Positions 9,859 through 18,743 of a stretch of 64,000 nucleotides of DNA are shown here, one piece after another (position 1 is the stretch's first letter; each line of letters opens with the position of its first letter). The translations under genes and the position numbers were made by a program. Origin of the DNA: a candidate division FCPU426 bacterium (GTDB taxonomy: Bacteria > Oederibacteriota > Muellerivitia > Muellerivitales > Muellerivitaceae); NCBI GenBank assembly GCA_963847625.1, contig CAWKAR010000006.1, positions 1-64,000 on the forward strand, in the 5' to 3' direction. A model generated the notes under the pieces. It worked only from the letters and a program-made list of their open reading frames with translations. It had not been told where the DNA came from and made no database searches.

Positions 9859-11259
9859 CTATTTCAGCAATTGTATGTCATCCAAATAAAAATCCGAGAC
9901 GCCTTTGAAACTGTTGGAATTGAAGACGAGCCGGTTAAAACCTTCTATTTTTCCAAAAGCGGAAAGCGGCAGGACCACCCTGCACCATTGTTTTACCCTC
10001 AAGCCGTCCGATGGGCCGCTGGTCACGGGCCTCTCCACCCCCGCCTGTTTCCCATTCTCTTCCAGCCTCACGCGGAACTCCACATCACAGCCGGTGGGGT
10101 AAACCCAGAAAGAAAGGTTCTGGTAGTTCCCGGTTTCGATTTGCGGCCCCTCAAGCTGGACTCCTCCCCATCCCCCGTCCGGTAATTGGACGAGCAGGCT
10201 TTTCGACCCGCCCGGGGTATGGTTGGTCTCGCCGGAGGCAAAGTCGTACCGGCCCCCTGTCCAGTGGCTCTCGGTCCAGCGCGGCTGTTCCCCGTCGTAA
10301 ACCAACAGAGCGCCCGCGGTATTCGTTTCCGGTGTGGGCGAAACCGTTGGCACCCCCGGAGTGGGCGTCTTCAGGGTCTTCGGCCCGATGTATCCTTTCG
10401 CCGCCACGAATTCGTCGAAACGCGCGGACTCGTCCTTGGGCGGGGCCCAGCTTTCGTCATTGCCCCCGAAAAAAGTGGAGAAGTATAGCTTGTCGATCTT
10501 GAGATCCGGCGTGTCCCGGAACCTTAGGCCCTTCACCTCCAGGGCCAGGTCCCCGTCCAGCCAACTGACGATGAGTCCGTCCTTTTTCCCGGGGGTGTTC
10601 ATGCGGACGTAAGTTTCCACGCAATGCCACCGTCCCGGAATGAAATAATGGGGACAGCCCCCGGAGTCCCAGGGGAAATCGTCACCGTATTCCGTGGTCT
10701 GGTCCGGGTAATAGACGTATTGGACGATCTTGCCGCCCGGCCGCCACATGATCCTGGCGCTCCAACCGTCGGAGCCGTTGGGCTTATGGCCTCCCGTGTT
10801 GTGGGTCCCGCCCGCCAGGCCGGGAAGCTTTCCCCCCTTCATGAAATCGAAGTCGGGATCGAAACGCACGTAATAGCGCAAGTGGAGGTCCTCCTGGGGA
10901 TCGATGGGAAAACGGGAGAAATCCACGAGGTACTGGAGGCCGCCTTCAGGGCCGACTACGTTCTTCAGGTAATGGACCTGCAGGCACCGCCCCGCCAGGC
11001 AGTCCCGGTCGAAGACCAGTTTCCCATTCTCCCGTGGTTCCGGCCCCCAGGCGATCCCCCAAACCGAGGTCCAGGGGTCGGTCTCAAAACCGCTGGAAAA
11101 CAAGACGTCCCCCCGGCTCTTGAGTTTGGGGTCCAGATCATAGGTGTCCCCGAATGGCCCGGAAGCAAAGGAGGGAAAAGCCATGACGAGAAAAAAAGGG
11201 GCAAGGAGAAATGCTAAGCGCCGTTTGGAAAGGATCCACCTGTTTATTTTCACCGGCAA
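9859..11259 (-). CDS. Secreted polysaccharide lyase (PL14-like) with Thr/Pro linker and C-terminal carbohydrate-binding module
   Basis: GGKLPGLAGG, WSARIMWR, YVRMNTPG..DG and FSTFFGG motifs; TPTPGVPTVSPTP linker; galactose-binding-like tail ending FYLDDIQL. True start may lie downstream of the ORF start. Confidence 0.75.
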   Translation of the reverse strand: MPVKINRWILSKRRLAFLLAPFFLVMAFPSFASGPFGDTYDLDPKLKSRGDVLFSSGFETDPWTSVWGIAWGPEPRENGKLVFDRDCLAGRCLQVHYLKNVVGPEGGLQYLVDFSRFPIDPQEDLHLRYYVRFDPDFDFMKGGKLPGLAGGTHNTGGHKPNGSDGWSARIMWRPGGKIVQYVYYPDQTTEYGDDFPWDSGGCPHYFIPGRWHCVETYVRMNTPGKKDGLIVSWLDGDLALEVKGLRFRDTPDLKIDKLYFSTFFGGNDESWAPPKDESARFDEFVAAKGYIGPKTLKTPTPGVPTVSPTPETNTAGALLVYDGEQPRWTESHWTGGRYDFASGETNHTPGGSKSLLVQLPDGGWGGVQLEGPQIETGNYQNLSFWVYPTGCDVEFRVRLEENGKQAGVERPVTSGPSDGLRVKQWCRVVLPLSAFGKIEGFNRLVFNSNSFKGVSDFYLDDIQLLK

Positions 11260-11323
11260 ATTATACCCATTGGGGGAGGAAGTCGCGGTTTAAAAGACCC
11301 GCCGGATGGAAAAAGTAAAAGGA

Positions 11324-13501
11324 TTACTTTTGGAGCGAATGTCCGCGGCGGGTTGTCTTATAGGCAGGGGTTGGAATTCCGAATTTTATTAAGAGAAGCC
11401 CCGTGGCCAGGGCCATCAGCGACACCAGGCTCAGGAACAAGCCCAGCCGGAAAGCGGTGGGTTCGTACCGGAAAACCACGCGGTGGTCGCCGGTCTTGGC
11501 CAATTCCACAGCCATCCAATAACCGTAAACCCGGAAGATGGTTTCCGGATTTCCATCCACCCAGGCGTGCCAGCCCGGCGCGAATGCCTCGTCAAAGACC
11601 AGGAATCCTTTTTGGGGCGTTGACACCGTGTAAGCGGCCTCACAGGGCGAAGGCCTGTCGCCTTGGAGAATCACCCGGGGATCCCAAAAGCCCCTCCAAA
11701 ATCCCTTTAGCTGGTCCCAGAGCGAAACCGAAAAATTCTCCGCCAGCAAGCGGCTCGCGGGTTCAAGCCTGACCGCCCCGCCTTCCGGCGCCTTCTGGGT
11801 GTAAATCTCGTTTTCAAGGAAGGCTTTGGGGTCCAGGAGGCCGTTGAAAACCTCCGGCCGGTTCGTGAACTCCCGGACCAGCCCCGCCGTCCAAGCCGTG
11901 CCCATGGCCCCTGCGTTGCGGGCGAAGACCGATTGTCCCACCCGCGAGGAAATCTCGTACTTAAAAGCGCTCAAGGGCTCGGGGGTAATAAGAAGTTTCA
12001 CCCCCGCCGCGTCCAAGATCCTTCCGTCATAGGGAAAACCCTTTTGGAAATAGCTTTGCAGGTCCTGGTAGCCGTCCAAGTAGAGGGACAGGTAACCGCG
12101 GGCTGAGCGCAATCCCCAAATCACGTTGGTGTTGGCGGTTAGCTTGGACGCCGAATCCACAAGGGCATCCGTAAAGTCGCGGGCATCCGCGGGGATAGGC
12201 GGATTGTTGCTCCGCATGCTGAGGATCCTGCCTTCCCCGGCCATATCCCTCGCGGCAGCCGCCGCTTGGACCGCCTTGGGGTCCCGGTAAGGGTCACGGG
12301 CCAAGTGGATCAACCGGGAAGGGACGAAGAGAATGTCCAAGGCCCAGAGGGCGCCTAAGACCCAGGCCCACTTGCGGATGGGATTCTTTTTCGAGGTGTT
12401 TTCGGCTTTTTCCCTGAGTTGAAGGCCGATGGAGGTGCAGGCGCAAAAGAGGAAGAGGAAGACCGCGGTGGAGGGCTCCAACTTTGCCAGCAGTTTCGAG
12501 GGGATCAACCAATTCCAAAGGGGGAAATGGGGCCCCGCAATCCACAGGAGGGTAAAAAGGGCAGAGCCCTTCCAGAACCCATTGCGGTATTTCCGGAAGG
12601 TCCAAAGCCCCCATAGGAAGATTCCCAGTGGCACCAACCCCAAATAAAGGTTGTTGAAAATGTAATTGGGTTGATCCCCGAGGTAAGCCGGGGACCCGGG
12701 AATCCCGAGGATATGGGGTTGCAGGAGGGTCAGGTCATTCACCCACCGGAGGCTATAGACCGGGCCTTCTCCCCCTTCCCGGAAAGACGAACCCAGGTAG
12801 TCGAGGAACGGCATCCATTGGCAGGCGGTCAAGACCAAAACCGCGCCCAGGGCCGCCCCCAGGATGTATCGGGTCCGGATTTCCACTCGTTGGTGGAACA
12901 GGGTCCAAGCCAGGAGCAATACCATGGTATAGAGAATGAAGTAGGGGTAACCCGCCAGGATCTGGAAAGACGTGAATAGAATGAGGAGCCCGGCCCAAGT
13001 CCAGGAGGGTTTTTGGACGGTCTTGAGCGCCGCCAGGAAAACCCAGGGAGTCCAGGACAGGGAGGCCAGGTGGGTCGGGTATCCCCAGTAATAAACCACC
13101 AGGGCTGATCCCCCGAAAGTCAGGGCGCAAAGCGTGGAGATGATTTCACCGGCCTTTTGGGCCCGCATCCAAAGGTAAAAACCCGCCGCCGCTAGGACGC
13201 CGTGCAGGATAGCCATCACGAAAAACCAATCCGTCAAGCCCGTCAGGTTCCAGAGCCAGAAGAAGGGATAGAAAACCGCCGATTGGAAGTTCGCCTCATG
13301 GGGGGTCCCGCAGGCAATGTAGGGGTTCCATAAGGGGATGAGTCCTTTCCGGAAAGACTCCACGTTGAACCACTTTTCCGGGAACACATACTCCAGCGTA
13401 TCCATGAAGGCGGGCATATGGCCCCAAAAGCGCACAATCCAGTAAAGGGTCAACACCCCGTAAAGGCCCCACAACAGCCTTGAGATATTTTGGATTTTCA
13501 T
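11324..13501 (-). CDS. YfhO-family GT-C membrane protein
   Basis: IPLWNPYIACGTP, FYP, LAGYP and C-terminal EAFAPGWHAWVDG...VVFRYEP motifs. Confidence 0.85.
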   Translation of the reverse strand: MKIQNISRLLWGLYGVLTLYWIVRFWGHMPAFMDTLEYVFPEKWFNVESFRKGLIPLWNPYIACGTPHEANFQSAVFYPFFWLWNLTGLTDWFFVMAILHGVLAAAGFYLWMRAQKAGEIISTLCALTFGGSALVVYYWGYPTHLASLSWTPWVFLAALKTVQKPSWTWAGLLILFTSFQILAGYPYFILYTMVLLLAWTLFHQRVEIRTRYILGAALGAVLVLTACQWMPFLDYLGSSFREGGEGPVYSLRWVNDLTLLQPHILGIPGSPAYLGDQPNYIFNNLYLGLVPLGIFLWGLWTFRKYRNGFWKGSALFTLLWIAGPHFPLWNWLIPSKLLAKLEPSTAVFLFLFCACTSIGLQLREKAENTSKKNPIRKWAWVLGALWALDILFVPSRLIHLARDPYRDPKAVQAAAAARDMAGEGRILSMRSNNPPIPADARDFTDALVDSASKLTANTNVIWGLRSARGYLSLYLDGYQDLQSYFQKGFPYDGRILDAAGVKLLITPEPLSAFKYEISSRVGQSVFARNAGAMGTAWTAGLVREFTNRPEVFNGLLDPKAFLENEIYTQKAPEGGAVRLEPASRLLAENFSVSLWDQLKGFWRGFWDPRVILQGDRPSPCEAAYTVSTPQKGFLVFDEAFAPGWHAWVDGNPETIFRVYGYWMAVELAKTGDHRVVFRYEPTAFRLGLFLSLVSLMALATGLLLIKFGIPTPAYKTTRRGHSLQK

Positions 13502-15717
13502 TCCGCAATCCTTTTAAAGGCCAACCCGGCCCAAAAACCGCACACTAACAGGGATAAAAAGAGACCCAACCGGAAGGTCAAGGGCTCGAAGAAAAACACT
13601 GCTTCCGATTCCCCGTCATTCAAGACTACTCCCCGGAAACAATGGTTGACCGTTTCCACCGGCTTTGTTTTTTCTCTATTAATCGTTTCCATATCCTGAT
13701 CCACTGTCACGTTCCATCCCGGATAATTCGTTTCGGAGGAGACAACCAGGGCCGTTCCTTTTCCGGGAGCCATGACCACTTCACGATTGGGACTAGAAGG
13801 ATGGCTCTCCACCTTGCGCCAAAGGTAATTCCCCGCCCGCTCTTTATCGGCGATGAAACATTTCTTTCCATAATCCATAGATTCATGGGCCGCCTTCTTG
13901 AAATCCCCGTCCAGAGTTTCACCGGCGGGCTTGGCCTTTTTAACCGCGAACCACTTGGGTAAAGCGTTTGGATTTTCTGAGATTTCGGTTGTCACATCCG
14001 AACCTCCGAATTTCTTAAAATCCCCGAACAGATTCTTCCCGAACACATAACGGATGTTCAAGTAATCCAAGACCCTCCGTGAATGCTTGAGCGAATATTT
14101 AAAAGCTTGGAGGGTCCAATCGAAGGAATCCCTTAGTTGAAGGGTGTTATAAATAGGAGCTTCTTCCCTCCCGCAGGCCAGGGGCCAATTGGGGTATAGG
14201 TTTTGCTTGGCCCCATCGTAAGCCGCTTCCCACGTGGGCCCCTCCAGCCGGACCGCCTGTTTCAACAGGGGCGGGGTGAAAAATATCCGTCCCGGCTTGC
14301 TCAATCCGGCCAAGACCTTGGGTAGTTGGTTGTAATAGGATTGGTCCAGCAGGACGTTCAAGCTCCAGGCCGCAGTGCCTAAGGATAGGGCTAAGGCCAC
14401 TGTTATCAATCCCAGGCGGACGGAAGGTTTCGCCGCCAATGGGCATAAAACTGTCAAGGCCAGACAGATCCAAAATGCCACAGGGTCAAGGGGCGCTCCA
14501 AGGAGGTAGGACGCAGCAAAGGCCGAGAAGGTCAAACTCCACCAAAACCAGGGAAGAGGCTTCCCCGGTCCGGAAGCCAGGAACAAGTCCAGGGACTCCA
14601 TCGCCATCCAGGCGATCCAAAGAGCCAGGAGGGAAATCCAATATCCCGAGTGGATCACCAGGGAATAGCCGGGGAAAAAACACCGCAGGAAACAGACTCC
14701 TCCCGCCAATCCGGTGCTTAAACCCAGGATCAGCAGGCCGATCCCCCAGGATGTTTTGCGATAGGCGCCCTTCAAGGCGCCCCAAACCAGGAGGATGACG
14801 GGGGGAAGCCCCATGAAAAAAGTGGAAACCCAGTAATGCGGGCCGTGATAGTTGTCCCCTATGGGATGCCCCTGAACAAAAGCATTGAGCGAGGTGGCCA
14901 GGTCCTCCAGGCCCGGGTCCTGGAAGCGGCCGGCCCCGCCTTGGTAATTGCTCAACTTGAAAAACTCGGCAAATGGCAGGCCCCAGGCCAGATTATAGAT
15001 AATAGCCAACAGGCCCGCCCCCATCGCCAGACTTACGAAACCCAGGCTGATCTTGCGCCGTTCCCCCGCGGGCCAAAGAGCCTTCCAACCCCAATGAAGA
15101 ACTACGGCCAGGAAAGTCAGGTAAACCAAAACCGGATAGCCCGAGGCCGCCTGGAAGGCCCAGACCAGGGAAAGGTAAAGGAATGCGCCCTTCTGGCCCT
15201 TGTATAGTTTTAACAGCCCCAGGAAAACCCAGGGGATCCAGCTGATGGCCATCAGGGCCGGCGGCGTCCAGGAGGAACAGACCAGGTGGAGTGAAAATCC
15301 GAAGACCAGGCTTCCCCAGAAGGCAGTCCCAAAGGAAAACCCCTCGGACCTAGCGAAAAGCCAGAAACCAACCAGGGCCCAAAAATGGTGAAGGATGATC
15401 AAGGCCGCGAAGGCGGTGGTTGGATCAAAGAAAGCATAAAGAATCGGGACCGGCGGGTAGGCATAGGCCATCTGGGGGTCCGCGAAAAAAGGCGTCCCGA
15501 ATTGGGCGTCCGGGTTCCAGAGGGGAATCCAACCTTGCCTCAACGCTTCCCCGCCCCATTTCCAGAGGGGGTAAAAAAACCGGGAGGCGTCCACGAAAAC
15601 GAAAATGGAATGGCCGAACAGGACTTTCCAATAAAAAATCGCGGTCAGGGCTGCCAGGGCCAGGGCCGCAAATAGATCCTGGCGCAAAGACGTGGGCAAA
15701 GAAATGCGAGATTTCAC
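13498..15717 (-). CDS. YfhO-family GT-C membrane protein
   Basis: IPLWNPDAQFGTPFFADPQ and SETNYPGWNVTVD...FRGV motifs. ATGA overlaps with both neighbours. Confidence 0.85.
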   Translation of the reverse strand: MKSRISLPTSLRQDLFAALALAALTAIFYWKVLFGHSIFVFVDASRFFYPLWKWGGEALRQGWIPLWNPDAQFGTPFFADPQMAYAYPPVPILYAFFDPTTAFAALIILHHFWALVGFWLFARSEGFSFGTAFWGSLVFGFSLHLVCSSWTPPALMAISWIPWVFLGLLKLYKGQKGAFLYLSLVWAFQAASGYPVLVYLTFLAVVLHWGWKALWPAGERRKISLGFVSLAMGAGLLAIIYNLAWGLPFAEFFKLSNYQGGAGRFQDPGLEDLATSLNAFVQGHPIGDNYHGPHYWVSTFFMGLPPVILLVWGALKGAYRKTSWGIGLLILGLSTGLAGGVCFLRCFFPGYSLVIHSGYWISLLALWIAWMAMESLDLFLASGPGKPLPWFWWSLTFSAFAASYLLGAPLDPVAFWICLALTVLCPLAAKPSVRLGLITVALALSLGTAAWSLNVLLDQSYYNQLPKVLAGLSKPGRIFFTPPLLKQAVRLEGPTWEAAYDGAKQNLYPNWPLACGREEAPIYNTLQLRDSFDWTLQAFKYSLKHSRRVLDYLNIRYVFGKNLFGDFKKFGGSDVTTEISENPNALPKWFAVKKAKPAGETLDGDFKKAAHESMDYGKKCFIADKERAGNYLWRKVESHPSSPNREVVMAPGKGTALVVSSETNYPGWNVTVDQDMETINREKTKPVETVNHCFRGVVLNDGESEAVFFFEPLTFRLGLFLSLLVCGFWAGLAFKRIAE

Positions 15718-18710
15718 CGCGCGGTCTCCTTCCCCAGGAATTCCAGGACTGGGGGCGGAAGGTTCACCATTTCTTTTTCCACTGGATCAACACGGTCCGC
15801 GTCTTTCCACTGGCGGAACACCTCCAAAGCCTGGGCATAGGCTTGCTTCGCACCGGATTTATCCCCGGTTTCCTTGAATAGGCTCCCCAGCCTGACCCAT
15901 CCCATGGCGAGGTTGGGTTCCAGTTCGACCGCCTTTTTGAAATCCAAAAGGGCCGCCTGCCTTTCGCTGGTCTTTAACAGGAATATTCCTTCTTCCTCGT
16001 AAACGAAGGCGTTCAATGGCAGGGCTTGTTTCGCATCCTCCCAGGCCTTCTTGACGCGTGGAGCATCCTCCGCTGAAGGAACCGCGAAAAACCCGCTGGA
16101 CAAGCGCTCGGCGTTTTTCAGGTTCCATTGGCCGTCCGCTTTCTCCAGGTCCAGCACTTTCGCGTAAGCCTCATCGGCCTTCCTTTTCCAAACCGGGTCC
16201 CGGGTCGCCAGGAAGAGTTCTTCTAAATAATCCGCCTGGAACGCTTGGACCCGGGCGTCCCAGGCGTTCAGGAGACCCGCGGTTTCCGCACAGCGCAGGG
16301 CTTGGGGAAAGTCCTTGTTTTGTCTCAACGATAGGGACTTCTCCTGCAGCGCGGGCACGAAAGCCGCGGAACCGAAAAGCCCCAAGGCCAATCCCAACGC
16401 AAGCAAACCCCCGGCCATGGAATGCTCGGCATCTCTTTTTTCATCCGGCGCCGCCAAAGCCGCTCCCTGCAGGGCCAGCAAGGGGGTGTGCAGGCAAAAA
16501 TCAAACAGGGAGGCTGTTCCCAAGGCGGCCAGCGCGGAGCGTTTTCCTCCTTCGCATTTGAAGGGGCCCAGGTAAAAAAGAAAGGCCGCGGCCCAAAGGA
16601 AACCCGTCAAACCGAAAGCCGTGAGGAACTCCAGGTATTCACTATGGGCGAACTCGGCGTCCATCAAATAACGGTTGATGCCCGAGGGCCGGGGGCTCTT
16701 GACCTGGTGGAAATACCCGGCAAAGGCGCCGGGGCCCACCCCCACCCAGGGTTTCCGCTCCCAGACCTGGACCGCCGATCCCCAAATATGGATCCGGTCC
16801 CATCGGGAGGAATTTTTCTCCAGCGAATGGAAAGCCATCACGCGGTAAACCATGATCAAGGCCACCAACACCACGGCCGCTCCCGTCACTAAAAGTCTTT
16901 GCTCCTTCTTGACCAGGACGACCAGCCCCGCCACCAGGCCCACCATGGCGCTGAAAGCCTTCAAACAAATGATGGCCGCGAGGGAAAACACGAAAACCGC
17001 GGCTTTTCCCAAACCCTTTTTGTCTTTCAGGAATTTCAAGCTCAGGGATTTGAAATCCAAGGGTTTGGCCAGCAACAGGAACAACAGGGGGATCAAAAAA
17101 ATGCCCACTTGCTTGGGATTTGGGAAAATCCGCCAATACTTGATGTCGGAAAACTGGAAGGAAAACAGCCAAACCCTCAGGGCCCAGAAAATTCCCAGCC
17201 CGCAAAATAAAACAAGGAATTTCCGGGGGTCGGTCCATCTCCTCGCCAGGAGGACGAAAACTAGGGCAAGGCCGGCGGTTTCCAGGAACCTCACCGAGCC
17301 CAGGGCCGAAGGGGAAACAAACGCCCGCGAGGCAAGGTAAAAGGCGCCGGCAAAAACCCAGAGCGGTACTTTTTCCACTTTGGCTTGAAGATAAGCGTAA
17401 GCCGCCCACAAGACGCAGGCCAACAGCGCGAAGTCCCAGGGCCGGAAAGGGGGCCAGAAACCGGAAACCAGCAGGACGGCGAGGACCCCCCATTCAAGCC
17501 CTCGGGCCGGGATCATGGGTACGCGGAGTTCCTTTTCCGGTTTCAAGGCCAGGCGACCGGCCACCAAGGCAAACAACCAAACCAATTCGGACATTTGAAA
17601 AGGAAGGTCGATCAGGCCAAAAAAAGCGAAAGCCAAAACCCCGGGAAGAACCCCCCAGGCCTCCCACCGGAAAGGTTTTTGAAAACGAAGAAGTAAGCTT
17701 CCCGATGCGGATAAAAAAAGCGCCGTCCCCAAAAGACCCGTTTCCACCAGGAGTTGGATCAGGATGTTGTGGGTGTATTGGGCGCCGGTATTCAGATCCA
17801 GCCCCGAACGCTGATAAGCCTCCCCGAAAGTGCCGAGGCCTGAGCCGAACCAGGGATGCGGGGAAAAAAGCGACAAGGCCGAAGCCCATAGTTTCAATCT
17901 CATGGAAAAAGCCGCTAGGAGCCAGCTGTGCAGCCCCCTTTGTTGGACGGCTAAAGCCACCAGCAACAAACCCAAAAATAACGCCGGGATAAGCCAGCGC
18001 CATAATCGGCGATAACCCAAAACAACGAGGACCGATACCGCCAGGCAGGCCAGGGCGCCTACACTTCCGGTGGCCCAAAGCCCCAATGCCAAAAGAATCG
18101 TCAAGGCCGAGTAAACAAGTCGCCTCAAGCCCGAGGAGATCTTGGCGCGGATAAAACCCTGGGGGATGAAAAGAATCATCAGGCCTGCCAATGCGCCCGG
18201 CGTCACCAGGGGGCCGAAAGCCCTCTTATTGAATGCCCCCGCGGTCGCAATCTTAAGCTCTTCCCCCGAGAGCTGAGGCAAGGTCAGGGCCAGATTGTCA
18301 AATCCATACAGTCTTTGATGAAGGGCCCAACCCGCCGCTGCGGAGGCGCCCAGGATCCCCAAAACTTCCAAGCGGGATTGGGTTTGTGGGTCGTTGGCAC
18401 TGGCCATGAGATAAAGCAATGTTCCCAGGAACACAAACCCCGCCGACTGGAGGGTCAGCCCCGGAATCAGGGACCAGAAGGAGGAAAAAAGAAGGTATAG
18501 GAGAAAAACCATCCAAAGCCTGCCCATTCGGGCAAAGGCGCCGGTTTGAATGGGCCTGAATAAAAGGAGGACCAATCCGCCCCCCAAGGCCACGGCGAAG
18601 GATTTCGGGTCCCCCAAGCAGGGATGAAATAAAAGGTACCACCCGGTCAAAACGCAGGAAAACTCCCAGAGCCGGTCAGCCGTAAGCGGGATTGAAAGGA
18701 GGGATTTCAT
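15714..18710 (-). CDS. O-antigen ligase (WaaL/Wzy_C)-like protein with two ligase modules and C-terminal TPRs
   Basis: Two copies of R...W..A......P..G.G.G.F...H(N/S)..L..L...G..G (YTHNILIQLLVETG and FAHSEYLEFLTAFG), followed by TPRs. Confidence 0.8.
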   Translation of the reverse strand: MKSLLSIPLTADRLWEFSCVLTGWYLLFHPCLGDPKSFAVALGGGLVLLLFRPIQTGAFARMGRLWMVFLLYLLFSSFWSLIPGLTLQSAGFVFLGTLLYLMASANDPQTQSRLEVLGILGASAAAGWALHQRLYGFDNLALTLPQLSGEELKIATAGAFNKRAFGPLVTPGALAGLMILFIPQGFIRAKISSGLRRLVYSALTILLALGLWATGSVGALACLAVSVLVVLGYRRLWRWLIPALFLGLLLVALAVQQRGLHSWLLAAFSMRLKLWASALSLFSPHPWFGSGLGTFGEAYQRSGLDLNTGAQYTHNILIQLLVETGLLGTALFLSASGSLLLRFQKPFRWEAWGVLPGVLAFAFFGLIDLPFQMSELVWLFALVAGRLALKPEKELRVPMIPARGLEWGVLAVLLVSGFWPPFRPWDFALLACVLWAAYAYLQAKVEKVPLWVFAGAFYLASRAFVSPSALGSVRFLETAGLALVFVLLARRWTDPRKFLVLFCGLGIFWALRVWLFSFQFSDIKYWRIFPNPKQVGIFLIPLLFLLLAKPLDFKSLSLKFLKDKKGLGKAAVFVFSLAAIICLKAFSAMVGLVAGLVVLVKKEQRLLVTGAAVVLVALIMVYRVMAFHSLEKNSSRWDRIHIWGSAVQVWERKPWVGVGPGAFAGYFHQVKSPRPSGINRYLMDAEFAHSEYLEFLTAFGLTGFLWAAAFLFYLGPFKCEGGKRSALAALGTASLFDFCLHTPLLALQGAALAAPDEKRDAEHSMAGGLLALGLALGLFGSAAFVPALQEKSLSLRQNKDFPQALRCAETAGLLNAWDARVQAFQADYLEELFLATRDPVWKRKADEAYAKVLDLEKADGQWNLKNAERLSSGFFAVPSAEDAPRVKKAWEDAKQALPLNAFVYEEEGIFLLKTSERQAALLDFKKAVELEPNLAMGWVRLGSLFKETGDKSGAKQAYAQALEVFRQWKDADRVDPVEKEMVNLPPPVLEFLGKETAR

Positions 18711-18743
18711 GGGGTCATTTTACGGTCACAGGTTGAAAAATAA

